A model generated the notes under the pieces. The model was not told the origin of the DNA, did not search any database, and saw only the letters and a program-made list of their open reading frames with translations. Made by a program: the position numbers and the translations under genes. Positions 14,029 through 27,634 of a DNA stretch of 64,000 bases are shown here, piece by piece. Numbering within the stretch: position 1 is the first letter of the stretch; every line of letters begins with the position of its first letter. Source of the stretch: Kudoa neothunni (lineage: Eukaryota > Animalia > Cnidaria); the NCBI GenBank assembly GCA_964304625.1, contig OZ199839.1:4748559-4812558 (forward strand), written 5' to 3'.

Positions 14029-14038
14029 ATCGGGTTAC
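14029..14038 (-). promoter_or_regulatory. Candidate promoter element (ATCGGGTTAC on + strand) upstream of flippase copy B
   Basis: Same 10-mer as 5011-5020, inside an AATCG-rich cluster (14016-14045). Confidence 0.35.
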
Positions 14039-15259
14039 AATCGGAAATAGGATTAATTTGATGATCCATATGACGACCATATTCAAACGTAGCGCGTCGG
14101 CCTTTTATTTATATTTGAATGAGAATCATCTTAATTTTTGTTTATTTAGATTTCCAATGAAACTTTCCATTTAAATGTTACTTCTACGTATCATTCACAA
14201 GACATGAAACAACTTATGTTGATCCGAACAAATTTTGACCCCTTACTTCATTTTTTACAAATACGACTATTACTTCTTATTTACACAATGGTAGCATCAT
14301 TATAACGAGTTAATCGCTAACAACGAATAGCACATAATCCCATAAGTTTGCACACTTATTCAATTGAATCAAAAATAAGATTAAGGATAAGAAGAATTCC
14401 AAGCTATTAATCAAACGTTTTGTTTAGTTTCGGACACAAAATTATAAATATATGATGAGAAATATTTAAGCCAAACATGATTGTGCCACTTTCATAAGGA
14501 TCTACGCCATACCAAAAATTGTACTCCCCTTAACCAATTATGGCAACGCCTCTATATTGCGTAAGTTACGAGATCAATAGAAGATTACGCTGTATTAAGT
14601 ATAAATGTGAACGCTATAGTCCAGAATTTTGCCTAGAGTATCACGCGATTTTATTATATTATTCTTAATATCTAGAATTGCATCTATGGCAGGGCATAAG
14701 GAAGAGTGTTTACAGATTTACTTTATTGGTTTCCTTTTTACGTGCAAGTGATAGATTCTTTTAGAAACTAGCGCGAAATTCCATCCGTGCTTTGTTTGAT
14801 CATGGGTTATGGGATTTTTAATTCGTTAGTTTTTATTTAAATGATTAAATCTCAAGCTAAAATATATTTAAAGTATAAGAAACCCCGTTAAATTTTATTT
14901 TTCCTAATTCCTTGATGCATTTTCAAGTTTGTTATTGTTTTTTCCACATTAGTCAATTGTATTTATCCAAACATGCTTAAATTTTGTATCAAACTACGAA
15001 AATTATAAAGAAAAATAATCAGTATTTTTAAGTTTATTTTATCAACTATTGAAATACATAACGACTTTTTATGAATAACCTAAATAACGATGACAACAAA
15101 TAAATTTAATAAAACCATTAAGTAAACTAAAGTATTTTATCATTTTGTAATTTTGAGAAGTTTTCCAAATTAATTCAAATTTTACAGCTATAAAATTGAA
15201 GTTAAGACTATAAATTATAAGCCAAGAAATATATAAAAATGAAGATGATGCCTTATAAC

Positions 15260-15735
15260 TAGGGCATGTAATTTTCGACATCTATTTTTTCCCAAATCGA
15301 CGGTTTTTATCGACCGAGATAAAAAAAAATTTAATTCGACTTTTATCAACATTTATTTTAGAACAAAATTATAATTTACAAAAAAATGGATTGTAGAATT
15401 TTAATTTTAGTTATAATGGACCATTAAAATCGAGTATTTAGAGCATTGTTGGGCGCCCATCACAAAGATTGACCTTTCTTTTCCAAATATATTTCACAAT
15501 CTTGAGAAACTCCTTCAGCATCACTGGAGGAAACTGGTAGAATCAATGTATCTTCAAAATCAATAAGGAGGACAAGCATTCCACATCTTATTTTAGGAAC
15601 CAATATTTAAGGGTCGAGTTGAATCTTTTATCATTTTACATAACCAGGACATGCAATTTTCGACGCTTTTGAGCATAAAGGAGATTATACATAGATCTAC
15701 GCAAACATCTCTATGACGTAAAAAACACAAATCAA
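15260..15735 (-). mobile_element. hAT transposon 3' remnant
   Basis: Minus strand reads ILPVSSSDAE (hAT dimerisation LPxSSxxAERxFS-like). A TAGGGCATG terminus-like sequence lies at 15260. The remnant is cut by the piggyBac at 15736. Confidence 0.5.
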
Positions 15736-16548
15736 CTCTTAATAGGTGACCTTGGGCTCCACGAGCCCCCCTGAGAAGTAAATTGAACATAATTCATTAA
15801 ACAAAATTTTTAGCGTTTTTCCCCACGTAAATTGTTAAAATTTTGTTTTACATCTAGTTATAAATTTTCAATGAATTCGAAATTTTTTACTTTAAGCCGA
15901 TGTGCATCTAAAAAGGATTATGACAATAGCAATGTGCGTTATTTTATTTTAAAGTTAATCTCACAATTGCGCACATAAGTGTATCAATATCAGGTTCGAA
16001 TTTCCCAAATCAATTATCTACTGACAAATTATCGATATGGCTGCTTTTAATTCATTTATTGTCTTTTCAAAGAATTTCGGAATATTTGAAAGATAACCCT
16101 AATTGCCGATAACAATTTTTAATGGACTTATCCTCTTCGTTGATTGTAAGACACCAGAAGAGAAGAGCTGACGACCAAAAAAATTGGATGTTAACCCTCC
16201 CTCAAGCGTTCTCTTGGAGCATTAGGACTTGAATTCAATGAGAATAACATGCCAATTACGGAAAATAGCAATATAAATGCCCGGAAACGATCTAGTTTAT
16301 GTCCTACATGCATCATAAGACGGATCAAACAATTATGCGATGGGTGTAACTACATTATATGTAACGATCATTCAATAAAAACAATTACCTGTTTGAGTTT
16401 TCCTAACAATAAATTATTTATTGTATATCACGCATTTTTTATCGAGCAATAACGTCTTAAGTATGCAAATACAGCTTAAAATATAATCCAATAAAGGATA
16501 GAAATTAATCCGGGTGGGCTCGTCGAACCCAAGGTCACCTGTTAAGGA
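15736..16548 (+). mobile_element. Non-autonomous piggyBac deletion derivative
   Basis: Inverted ends CTCTTAATAGGTGACCTTGGGCTCCACGAGCCC / GGGCTCGTCGAACCCAAGGTCACCTGTTAAGGA, flanked by TCAA/TTAA. It retains IIDMAAFNSF and the C-terminal Cys-rich domain (LCPTC...CDGCNYIICNDH). Confidence 0.85.
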
Positions 16549-16571
16549 TTAATGTTGTTAGAATTATATTA

Positions 16572-17290
16572 CAGTAATGCAGGGATATTGCTTAGCAGGG
16601 GTACTACGCACTTTATGGTATTATGGCAATATTTCCTAATAAAAATACCCAATTTTGTTATGTATTATAATAAACATTTAAAAATATTTGACCGAGCAAA
16701 ATTATTATTAAAAATATAGTCTAGAGTCAGAGAAAATTTGGCTGCATGCTTACTGCGCATTTCATGGATAATGCACACTAAAAATCCCCCAATTAAATCC
16801 AACATGGTTAGTACGCAGTTAAGAAATCTTGGAAAGTATCAATATTTAGATGATTAAGTTAAAATAATAAAATATTATGATAGAATTAAAAAAGAACAGT
16901 ATTCTGAAAGATTGTGACACTGGGCGCCTAGAACACAGCAGGGAAACCTTAAGAAAAGATAATTTCAACCTTTTAGATTCTTGGGTTAATGAATGGATGA
17001 AGCTAATGGGATCACGTAATATCGAATTTTCTCAGGACGATATAATTAAAAAAACCTACGATTATTCATATGAAATTAAAAACAATTTCTATAGTTGATG
17101 GAGGTTGGTTTCAAGGATTTTCTTCAAGAGTTGCACTAAAAATAGCAAATCATAGATGAATCCAAAAGTGTTGTTCTTGGAAGTTTCTTCTTGGAGCGAT
17201 CAACAGTTAAAGTTGATCGAAAATTATGATCAAAAAGATATTTTTGATTTGGATGAAACTGGACTATTTTACCAGAAAAGGAAAGGTAAA
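16572..17290 (+). mobile_element. Tigger/pogo remnant (CENP-B HTH plus start of DDE domain)
   Basis: TA|CAGT start, LDSWVNEWMK...GGWFQGF and IFDLDETGLFYQ. Contains stops and frameshifts. Confidence 0.75.
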
Positions 17291-17872
17291 ATATCATTTA
17301 AATTTACATCTCAATGTGAAATTTAATGTATGGTTAAGCATTCGTGATTTTTTGTATTAAAAATTTCTTGCCGATGTTTCGTTAAACTAAAGATCAACAA
17401 AGAAAAATGTCTATATTTTTTTATTAAGCACAATTATTTACAATTTTTTAATAAAACTAACGTATGTATATCACAATATCTAATTTAAATATAAAATTTC
17501 GTAGTGAAATTAGATTTGAAATTGCAATTTTTGTTAAATTAAATAATCAAAGTTTTGCTTTTTTTATGTTTGTTAACAATTTTAAATCTGTGCAACCCCC
17601 ATAAAAACAAAATATAATATTAAAATTTGGAAAGTTACCTATGATTTTCGCATTACAGCAAATAAAAACAAATATATGCATAAAAATTAATGTAAATTTT
17701 ATTTCTATTTTTCATGAATTATTTTGAAATTCTAGGTTCAACTTTGGTCAACGCTATTCTCATGTCATCACCACATTTAAGCCTGTTTCTTTTTTTTTGG
17801 TTTTAATATCCACTAAAACCAAGAATGATTGTTCACATAGATATGTTGATGCAAATGGGATGATTAGGTTAA

Positions 17873-20800
17873 CCCTTCCGGTACCAACTGGGATATTTGA
17901 GAGACCCCATATTATCTATTTTGTATCTCAATCCAAAAATCAGCTTCTGATAGTCTTCAAAATTTCAGAATACATCTATTACTATTATTTCGATATTTTG
18001 ATGAAAATATTTTTTATAATATAATTAAATATAATGAATAAATTCAAAAATAATACTAGAGTTAATTTTTAATGCATCGGATTAGTTTTCTAATGTTACA
18101 TATTTGTTTTATAAATATTAAAAATAGCTTTATCACTCCGAAAATTTGATAATATTTGTTCTATTACATGGAAAAATGGTGCGCCTTTCTAAATATTACC
18201 CGCTTCGCGGATTAACGAGGATTAATCCGATTAAGCCATGCGCTTAACATTTCTTGCGGATATTGAGGTAGCAATTGTTAAATGACTTTTTTTGAGGCAT
18301 CGGCAATATTTAGTATGAGACTAGACCAAACCATTGATGATGTTGGAAAACTTATTGAGGATTTTTCTTTTGTAGATAATGATAATTGTTCAGAATACGA
18401 AATATCTGATTCAGATGATTGTGTTATTAATGATATAGATTGTGATGAAGATTTTCAAAGCGACGTTAAATTTGCTCAAATAAACCCGAATAATGATTCT
18501 ATTTTTTCTTCCCCGTCTGGTCTTGAATGGTCCAGAAGAATTTGTTCGAAAACGAAAACTAAATCACATAACATCGTTACTTCATCCTCAGGCATTTTAG
18601 AGGAAGCGAACAATATAACGTCTATTTATGATGCCTTTGAATTGTTTATGTCGGGTGATATAATTAATGAGATAGTAAAATACTGCAACAAGTACTGCGA
18701 AGAAACTAACCCATAGACACACGCGACAATAACTAAAAATGAAATAAAAACATTATTTATAGGCATATTAACTATTGCTGAGCGTTCAAATGGTAAGATG
18801 CTTGCTCGTAGGAATATGTGGGATGGTAGCTCATTATTCAAATAATTTTCTTCCCCACAGTGATGTCCAGAAACAGATTCACTTATCTTTATAGAAGAAT
18901 CCGTTCCGACGATAAAGCAAATAGAATTTATCGGGTTCAAATTACAAATGACAAATTCGAACCTTGCTACCAAATTTTCAATCTATTTAATGAAAATTGC
19001 CTGAAATATTATTCACCAGGCACGCATATTACAATGGATGAAAGGTTAATAAGGTTTAGGGTAAATGTCCGTTTCGGGTATACATGAAAAGCAAGCCCGG
19101 ACGATTCGGGATCAAACTTTGGGTGGCTGCAGACGTAGAAACGTCATACCTATTAAACATTCAACCGTATACTGGGAAGATCGGTGGAACAAGGGAAATA
19201 AATCAGGCTGAAAATGTTGTCACAAGACTTGTCTCTCCATTTTATAGAACTGGCCGAGGAGTGACCGTAGACAACTTTTTTACATCCGTTTCTTTAGCCA
19301 CGAAACTCTTCAAAGAGAACCTGACATTGACAGGGACAATTAGGTCGAATAAACGCGATATCCCCAAAGAATTTTTAAAATCGCCACGCCGAGAGGTTTT
19401 CTGGTGATCTTTCACATACTTCCTATGTACCCAAAAAGAACTATGCGGTCAATATATTGTCTACCGAATTTCATGACTCCTTCAACAGAAGACACATATA
19501 GAAAAAGACCAACGGTGATTCTTCACTATAACAAAACCAAAGGTGGTGTTGATAATGGGGATAAAATGACCCAGTCATACTCCTGTTCGCGACCTACTCG
19601 TAGATGGCCACTGAAGATTTTCATGGAAATCATTGATATGGCTGCGCTGAACGCATATATTATTTGGATCCAAAAAAATTCTGAGCGGAAAAAAATGATC
19701 GTAGCAAGCGACAGAAATTTATTCGCGGGTTTGCCATATAATTGGCAACACCCAATGCAGCACATCGTCATGAGAATTCCCATACTCTTCAATCCCACAT
19801 AAAGTATAGTTTCCAATTTTTTGAAATCTCTACCAATAATTACGATTTGACGATATCTGAATCAAATTCCACTTAACAATCAAAGAGAAATAGATGTCAT
19901 TTTTGTCCTCGGAGGGATAAAAAATCCAGCCTGAGATGTTTCAACCGCTTCAAATTTGTTTGCATAAAACATATAGTAAAAAGGAATATTATTTATTGTT
20001 TGGATTGTACCAATTCATTGGAATAAATCGTGTTAATATATTTTTTTGGCATATACTTGCAGATTATAAATTATACACAAATTTTCACCAATAATTGAGT
20101 GCAGGGTGTCGTTCATTTTACGATCTCTAGTGCATTAACATTTATGACATATATAATTTAATCTATTATAATAAATAAATTCTACCAAAAGCTCAACACA
20201 TTTGCAATTTTTGAATTTATGCACAGTCATGCCATTCGGGATACGAAATATCGACCTGTTGAAAAAACGAATAAAATTAATCTCGCTATAGAGGAAAGAA
20301 TAATTTTTTTTACAAAATAATTCTCTAATTTGAGAAATTTTACCAAATATGACTCGTAAAATTAAGAAAAATATCTACATAAAAATAGTGATTCTAATTT
20401 CTGTTTTCGCTACTATTTTGCAAATTTTCAAAAATAATAAAATAATGACAAGACGAAAGTGATTTCGTTGTACATATAAATATTAAAAATAATTACGTCA
20501 AAATATAACAGATGTTGAATATTATTCTTCATGTCTTAAATACTGATGCTCAAACAATGCAAACTGAAGTCATTGCGTCATTCATTGTTTAAAAATATTA
20601 TCATTTTGTGTATTATTCCATGGATGTAGCTATTGACACGGAAAATAATATTTAGAGGTCACTAATTTTGGATATATTTAATTATTTATATCCCATTGTA
20701 GCATTCACAATAACCTTTATATTACTTATCATTCGGACATTTGCGGATTGCTTTTATTATTTTAAAAGTGAAGTTTTCTGCAGCATATTATACCAATCGC

Positions 20801-21403
20801 TTCGCTATTACCTGCCAGGAATAATTAAATAGAGCTGATTCTAAACGATTAATCTGCACAAAGCTTGTGAGTAAGAGTCACTGAGATTAAAAATTTATAT
20901 TGAGTAAGCGTACATGCCGTTTATGACTAAATTTTACCGTGTCTATGTCTATAGCACCTGCCTACTAAAATTTAGGAAATAATATATATCAACATTAGAT
21001 AATAGGAATCTTCGCTCATATAGCTTAAATTTGATCAAAGCGGCAACCACATCAATCAATCATTAGCTACGGCTTCACCGACTTTACCGAAAAGCGATGA
21101 GTATTTATTTGTTGCGATAGTCATGGTTTGCTCTAATCATTCATAATTTTTTGATCATTAATCTTCCATATATCCTGTTTCGGTATAAAACTGATAATAT
21201 TTGCTATTTATGCTACATTTTTGATGCATTTGTATCATTGTTCGTGCAATGGTTTTCGTCATGAACAAAATGATTTATGTCTCTAATTTTTGGTGAAATA
21301 GTTTTTAGCAGATTGAACAAGTTTAAGGTGTATTTCGGCTAGGGTACGTTAGTGACCCCAGTTGGTCACCCTCGTTCTGTTATCGTAGTTGGTACAGGAA
21401 GGG
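17873..21403 (+). mobile_element. Full-length piggyBac element (3.5 kb)
   Basis: TTAA TSD on both sides (17869-72, 21404-07). 17-bp TIRs CCCTTCCGGTACCAACT / CCCTTCCTGTACCAACT with one mismatch. Confidence 0.95.
18282..20026 (+). pseudogene. piggyBac transposase pseudogene
   Basis: MSRNRF, ITMDERL, KPGRFGIKLW, VTVDNFFTS, YNKTKGGVDNGD, RRWPLKIF and CRD RCHFC...VCIKH...CLDC. It has an in-frame stop at ~18714 and several frameshifts. Confidence 0.92.
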
Positions 21404-23329
21404 TTAAGGATAGTATTTACAATCAATGGGTAATTTGTTGTTTGATTACACCAAAAATTAGATAATGTTGAAGTACTGAATAATTGTTGTTGCAGTTTGT
21501 TTTATTGTAAAATAATCAATCCATCCAAATGTATATCTTTTACATCAGCTGATGATACTGAAAACAGAAATGGTTGTCTTACCCATGTTGGATAGGATAT
21601 GTCTTTTGGAAAATATCCTTCACGGGATATTTTTAGCTCACTCAAATGTAAAACAATTGAGTCTTTCACGTTATCGAGTAAAGAAACATCTGCAAACCCA
21701 TCGATATTTTCAAAATTATTTATTCAATCACCCTGCAAAGGAAAATTGGCAAAGTTCCCATTTTGTACCCTACGTATCCATAGAACAAATTTTTTAAGAA
21801 ACCCTAGAATCTCTTCTTCAGCTTTGATTATATTTATTCCACCTCCTTGCACTTGAAGATTGAGTTGGTTCAGGGTATTGAAGATATCAGCCATATATGC
21901 CAATGTAATAACAAATTTTGCTTTGGAAAAATGTTGGGCATGTTGATGCTTTCGTCCCCTTTAGAAATATGGCAAGTTCTTCGCGTAATGTGAAAACACG
22001 ATTTAATACCTTTCCTTAAGACAACCATTGAACATTCGAATGGTATAAAAGTGTTTCAAAATCCGAGCCCAACTCATTGCATAAATCCTTAAAAATTCTA
22101 TGATTTAATGCACCTTTTCTCACGTAATTCACACATTCAACAACAATATTCAATACAAATTTGAGTTTCGGAGGAAAGGTTTTCATGGCCAACGCATGTC
22201 TATGAAGAATACAGTGTGTTATAATTATATGCGGAGCATCAGCTTTCACTAAAGACCCAAAACCAGAGTTTTTTCCAAGCATGGCAGGAGCACCATCAGT
22301 ACATATAGCAGACACCATATCCCATGTAAGTTGGTGTTCTTGGAAAAAGTCATCCACCATTTTTTCATATCAGATGCTCTTGTCGTCTTCTTGAGGCGAT
22401 TATAGACCAAGTTTTCTTCTTTTATCGAATTTTGGTAGAAATATCTCACAAATACAGAAAGCTGGCACATATCAACAATATCCGTAGTTTCGTCAAGTTG
22501 GAGGCTAAATTTTAGTGGGCTTGAAGTCAGATGTTCCAGTATTTACCACAGTATATCATTGCTTATATCTATAATTCTGCATCGCACAGTATTATTGGAG
22601 AGAGAAACTTGGGAAAATTTAGTTTCGGCGGCCTTACCTAAAAGGATATTTTCCATTTGCATCGCAGCTGGTTTAACTAATGATTCGCCAATTGTATGAG
22701 GCTTTTTTAGTTTTCCGATCAAATATGATATTTCGTAGGATGCTAGCAAAATTAGTTTGTCAGTTGACACAAAGCCCAGATCAGATAATGATTTCCGTTT
22801 GTAACACTAGCGCCACTGCGAGGAATAGGCTCCGACATAAGATACAATATCGCTAAAATCTGCAATTGTTGCATTTTTATATTGGCCATTCGCATGAAGC
22901 TTCACAAAATGTTCACGTAGTTTTGCAGGAGCGAGGCTAGAATTACTTAGCACAGCATTACGGATCCTACACTAGGGGCGCTGACTTTCATTGGCAGGAT
23001 TTACTACGGTGAAACCATATTCAACATGGTTGTCGGACCACTTTTTCGTCTTCTTCAGCATACTTATAATAATTAACAATATAAATCAAAGACAACCAGT
23101 CGCAGCTGATCGATCTGATAAGACTTAAAGATGACACCGCAGATAACTTAAGGCACATAGTATATTCTTTATGGAGGAGGGGCAATAAATAATCATATAT
23201 GGTCACTTTTTGATTAAGGATGTTATGAAATATAGTGGAAGGAGTGTATTTATCTAAATATATTTTTATTTTAAGGGAAATCTTTGTATTTAATCAAAAT
23301 AGGTAGCTTCCCGCGGTACCTGAATTAAT

Positions 23330-23400
23330 CGAAAATAAGACCTAGTGCTAATTTTCATGTGTTAAATATAAGACCTTATCTTATTTTCGTGGAAACACGG
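23330..23400. mobile_element. Tc2/pogo-like terminal fragment within the hAT 5' region
   Basis: Ends TCTTATTTTCGTGGAAACACGG|TA with repeated ATAAGACC units, typical of CCGTGTTTCCCCGAAAATAAGAC-type TIRs. The partner end was not seen. Confidence 0.45.
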
Positions 23401-23639
23401 TACTACTCAATTGTGCCAACAGGGTGTGCAGAACGGAAAATCAAAATTTTCCTCGTTCGTCGAACCCCGGTTGGGAATCACCGCTTTCACAGGAGGTAGA
23501 AATTACTCGATTTCTAGGTTATATATTAAGACAGGCTAATTCTATATGTTACACTCATTAATATTGGTCACTTGAAGGAAATATAATCAAATATTAGATA
23601 TTGTACATATGATATCCCTTTCATCTCCCAAAGTATTCA

Positions 23640-25983
23640 CCCTTAAACACTAACCTCCTGGCGCCTCCCGTAAACATTAACCCTGGGCTCCAGGAGCCCA
23701 GTGATTAACTTACGTCGAACGCAGTATTATAATTTAATCTTAAATTAACTCTTCTACTATTGACATGTCACATTATATACGATATATAAATAAAAATAGA
23801 ACAGTTAAAGGTAATATGATAAACTATATTATTACGCATAACAAAAAAATTATTATATTGTTTCCTATTATTAAAATGTATTTATTCGGTGTCAGTTTTA
23901 ATTTATTTGTATTTTAATCAACATTCCTATTATAGTAGTTAGCAAAATCAAAAATTATTTGTTTTTAATTCATTTCTACTATATGTTCCAATCGTTATAA
24001 ACTTCACATTACGTTCAATAAAAAACCATGGGAAAAAAATATGTTTAAATTAATTTTGTTATGAGTCACAGTTTAAAAAGATAATGTTTTCTTTGAATGT
24101 TCATTACAAACACTTCTATCACATAAGTGACGGATTTACTTGCTTCTACGTACAATACTGATAGGAGGACACAAACGGCATCGCTTTCTTTGATTATTTT
24201 CTTGTTTTTCCACTGGAGGATCACTTTCTTTATTAAATTCGAAACCAACTATTTCCATTGTTCTTTTGACAGCAGGCTGGTTAAAAACAAATGCTATTTT
24301 ATATCTCCATTCCTGCTCGAGCTTAATTAATGACATGGACAAATCCACGAGAAATTGTTGGCGACGATTTGACTTGTTTGCGTCAATAATCGGGATTGCC
24401 ATGCATACAGACGACGAAAATGCATTGAACGCAGCTATATCAAGTATTTGACAAAATACAGCAAACGGCCACCGTCAACATTTTCTTTTACATGTATAAG
24501 TGGAAATACATTGATCCAAAGTGTCAACACCACATTTCTGTACATTATAATCCAAAATTGCTTTTGGTTTACGATGGTACTCTGAACTAACGCTTGGAGT
24601 ACGATGCTCCGAAGAAAGAATTATTACAGCCTTGTTTTTCGTCAGTACATAAGAAATTAGGGTTTATGACTTATAGAAACCAAATAAGGATGAAAATATC
24701 TTCCGAGAGTTATTTGGTTGAAATTCAGTTGGAATGAATGTTCGACATTTGCGTACCGTACCAAGAGTGGACGTTTTTATTTATCGTAGATATAGAGCTA
24801 GCTTCTAGGAAGTGAAATAATTATCGCATGTAATAGTACATCCCGAGTCCAACAAATGTTGAGTCAAATCAATGACAACTTTAAAACAGATTTGTTTCAC
24901 GGCACTCATCAATTTTACCCAAGTAAGGAAAAAAGTTGGATACATAATGTGTTTGACTATCACATACGATCCAAAATTTTAGCCCATATTTGCATGGTTC
25001 TTTTGGCATGTAAACGAGAAATGATACACGCCCTCGGAACGGATATAGTTGTTCATCTACGGTCAAATTAGGTCCTGAGATACAACTATTCCTACAGATT
25101 CTAGAAATATTTCCAAACAGTTTACTGACGGGGAAAATTTATCAGCTAAATTTGGGGAACTTTTTACGCTTCCAATATTCATCAAAGCACAAGCAATTAA
25201 GATTTTTTGAAATCTCATGTCACAGAATCCAGGTACACTCTAGGTTTGATTTATAGGCATCAGCCAATAACAGCAATCCTAAGAAAGCTTTTAACTCGAT
25301 GCAATCTAGGCGTTTCTACGGATCATTATATTTTTCAAGACCGTTGCGGTTTGTGAACGATAAAATTTCTTCGATCGTCTCTTCTTTTATAAAATGCGAA
25401 AATGAGCTCAATACGGTTGTTGTATCCAATGTTACAATAGGTTTGCCTTCCTCTGGGTCATTATTGATAATATTTTGATTGGCAGTTCGTCCAGGTATGG
25501 ATTTTGAAGACCAGATTAAAGATTCGTCTTTTGAAATATAATAAGTGGAACTTATACCATTTTCATCTATTGGGGTGCATTCGTTTGTAGTCTCAATATC
25601 ATCTATAAACAGAAATATAATGCAAAATCCTTCAAAATTGAAATTACTCAATAATTTAGCATTACAAAATTTAGGTTCTCTTCTATCTGCAATAACTTTT
25701 CAATTTCACCTGAAGATATACTTTCTGCATCAGAAGAAGCCATTATTGCTGAAGAATACAATGTGCTGGGAAAATCCTGTTAATATTTAGGATTAAAAAT
25801 GGCTGGATTTGTTATTTGTTTACTTAATAATAAGCTCACCTGTATCTCAAACAGCTTAATATGCGGAAAACAATTTTTTATGAATTTACGTGAAATCCGG
25901 GGTAAAAATGATTAAAATTGACGAATTTAAAGCGAGTTTTATTCGGAAGTGGGCTCGTAGAGACCAGGGATAGTGTTTAAGGG
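23640..25983 (-). mobile_element. piggyBac element (2.3 kb) with degenerate transposase
   Basis: 13-bp TIR CCCTTAAACACTA at both ends, TTCA/TTAA flanks and subterminal inverted GG(G/T)CTC..GAGCCC repeats. Transposase fragments: TVDEQLYPFRGR, YMPKEPCKYGLKFW, CDNYFTS, GVDTLDQ, RKRCRLCP. Confidence 0.93.
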
Positions 25984-26194
25984 TTAAACGCACAACTCTA
26001 CCACTATTTTGGGCAATTTTAATAAAAAATTAATTGAGAATGATTCCTAACATATTTTTTCTTTTTTACAAAACGATAATGAGAAAAGGAGAGAAATCTG
26101 TTATAAAAAGAATTTGATGACGACATTTTAGTAGTTTAGATCACATACAAAAATACAAAGTAAAAATTGATTCTTGACAAATAAAAATCAACAG

Positions 26195-26577
26195 CTAAAA
26201 TGTTCCATTTAAATGGTTTTTCTCTGGGTTGTAAGGTAGAATAGTGGTTGAATATTCCCCAACGCCACATAACACACAGTTCATATCATAAAACTGATGA
26301 CTTTCATTGACTTTAAAAGAGTAATTGTGCTCACCAATAATATGTTTGCAGGATGCACAAGTATGATTGTACGAAACTTCCTCACTTTCACCATTATCCA
26401 CTTCAGTATAGGCTTCATCGTTGATATTATTGGCTCCACATTGTTTACAACCTAGATTTTGTGATACTATGCAGACAACCCATCCGAAAAACCTTTATAA
26501 TTCATCATATAGGTCCCTTTTTCACAACATGTAGAACCGCGATCACAATAAGGATCCTTTGTGCAACCTTCACACAT
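26195..26577 (-). CDS. CHURC1: Churchill zinc-binding protein, paralog 1
   Basis: Two exons (41-nt intron 26452-26492): MCEGCTKDPYCDRGSTCCEKGTYMMNYKG|CKQCG...YNHTCASCKHIIGEHNYSF...YDMNCVLCGVGEYSTTILPYNP. Matches the Churchill Cys/His spacing (CxxC, C17, CxxC, HxCxxCxH, H, CxxC). Confidence 0.92.
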
Positions 26578-27634
26578 TCCACTTTGGTGTTAGCCGAAAG
26601 GACACGATAGGAATGGATGTTTAAGGTGTGATTATTATTTTAATGTGCATAAATATTTTTTTCTATTCAAAGATAGTCATTGTTGAATTTACAAAAGTGA
26701 GTGGGATTTTAATCTTCCCGTAATCACGATTGTTGTGGTTAGATTAGGATTTCTAGACACATTTTTTTCTTCAATTCTTCAATTCTGAAATAAATAAATC
26801 CATGAAATCCGTATAAATATAGTTGGTAAAATTTTCGTGATTATCTGCGTTATTTATTATAATAAATAAGGTCAATATACAAAATATAAGCCGGCTGGAA
26901 TTTTTTTCTTCCCCCTCAATTCTTAATTCTTGGCAACTAAGATGAGAACAAAATTTGTAAGAAATACAAAAATATATCCACTGAATCAACTGCTTTTATA
27001 TAAATATTGGGAAGTTAAGATACATATTTTAAAGAATAGTATAAAAATGAGACCAAAATTCATTTAAGTCATTGAAAAATAAATTATTTTCGGCGTTGAT
27101 GAAATTCTCTTATAATATAAATTAAATTTTAGTTCAAGAAAAATTCGATAGCACAACCAATATAGGAAGATCGTTTATTAAAAGGAATATAATATTTAAT
27201 CCAAATAAACTGGCCAATATATTTATCATATTTTACGACAATGTAGGTTGACGGGAAAATCGCAGTAATTTTAGATTTGTAATTTTTAATATTAAAATAA
27301 ATTTTTCTTAAAAAACAATGCCGAAATTTTATCAACTAGCGTAAACACGCAAAAGCTGTCGCGAAAATCTATATTCATATTAAAAAGAGACTTTAAAAAA
27401 TTAATCAGATATAAAAACCGAAGCGCTCCTCTGTATTATTCAATTAATTATTTGGTTTCCAATGATGAAATGATTAAATATAAATAGAAAAATGCATTCG
27501 TTGAAATAAAATAATTATATAACATTTGGCGCCGAAAACATAAATCAAAAATTCACATAATTCTAGCAAAAATGATTTTATCTAGTTATTAAATAGATAC
27601 CAAATTGTTATAAATTGGCCAACCAGCATTCAAA

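Larger units (their letters stand above)
17690..23483 (-). mobile_element. hAT Buster/ZBED5-type transposon, degenerate, interrupted by piggyBac 17873-21403
   Basis: 5' TIR-like CGGTGATTCCCAACC ends at 23483. Transposase fragments: KPHTIGESLVKP, LQLDETTD, ICTDGAPAM, HCILHRHAL, NVQWLS. The C-terminus IIPFASTYLCEQSF...IKTKK..RNRL...DMRIAL resumes at 17868, on the far side of the piggyBac. The 3' TIR was not found. Confidence 0.9.

Noticed and set aside
26771-27335. ORFs 26771-26989 and 27129-27335 between the Churchill genes
   Set aside because: Low-complexity F/I/K/Y-rich translations typical of AT-rich non-coding DNA.
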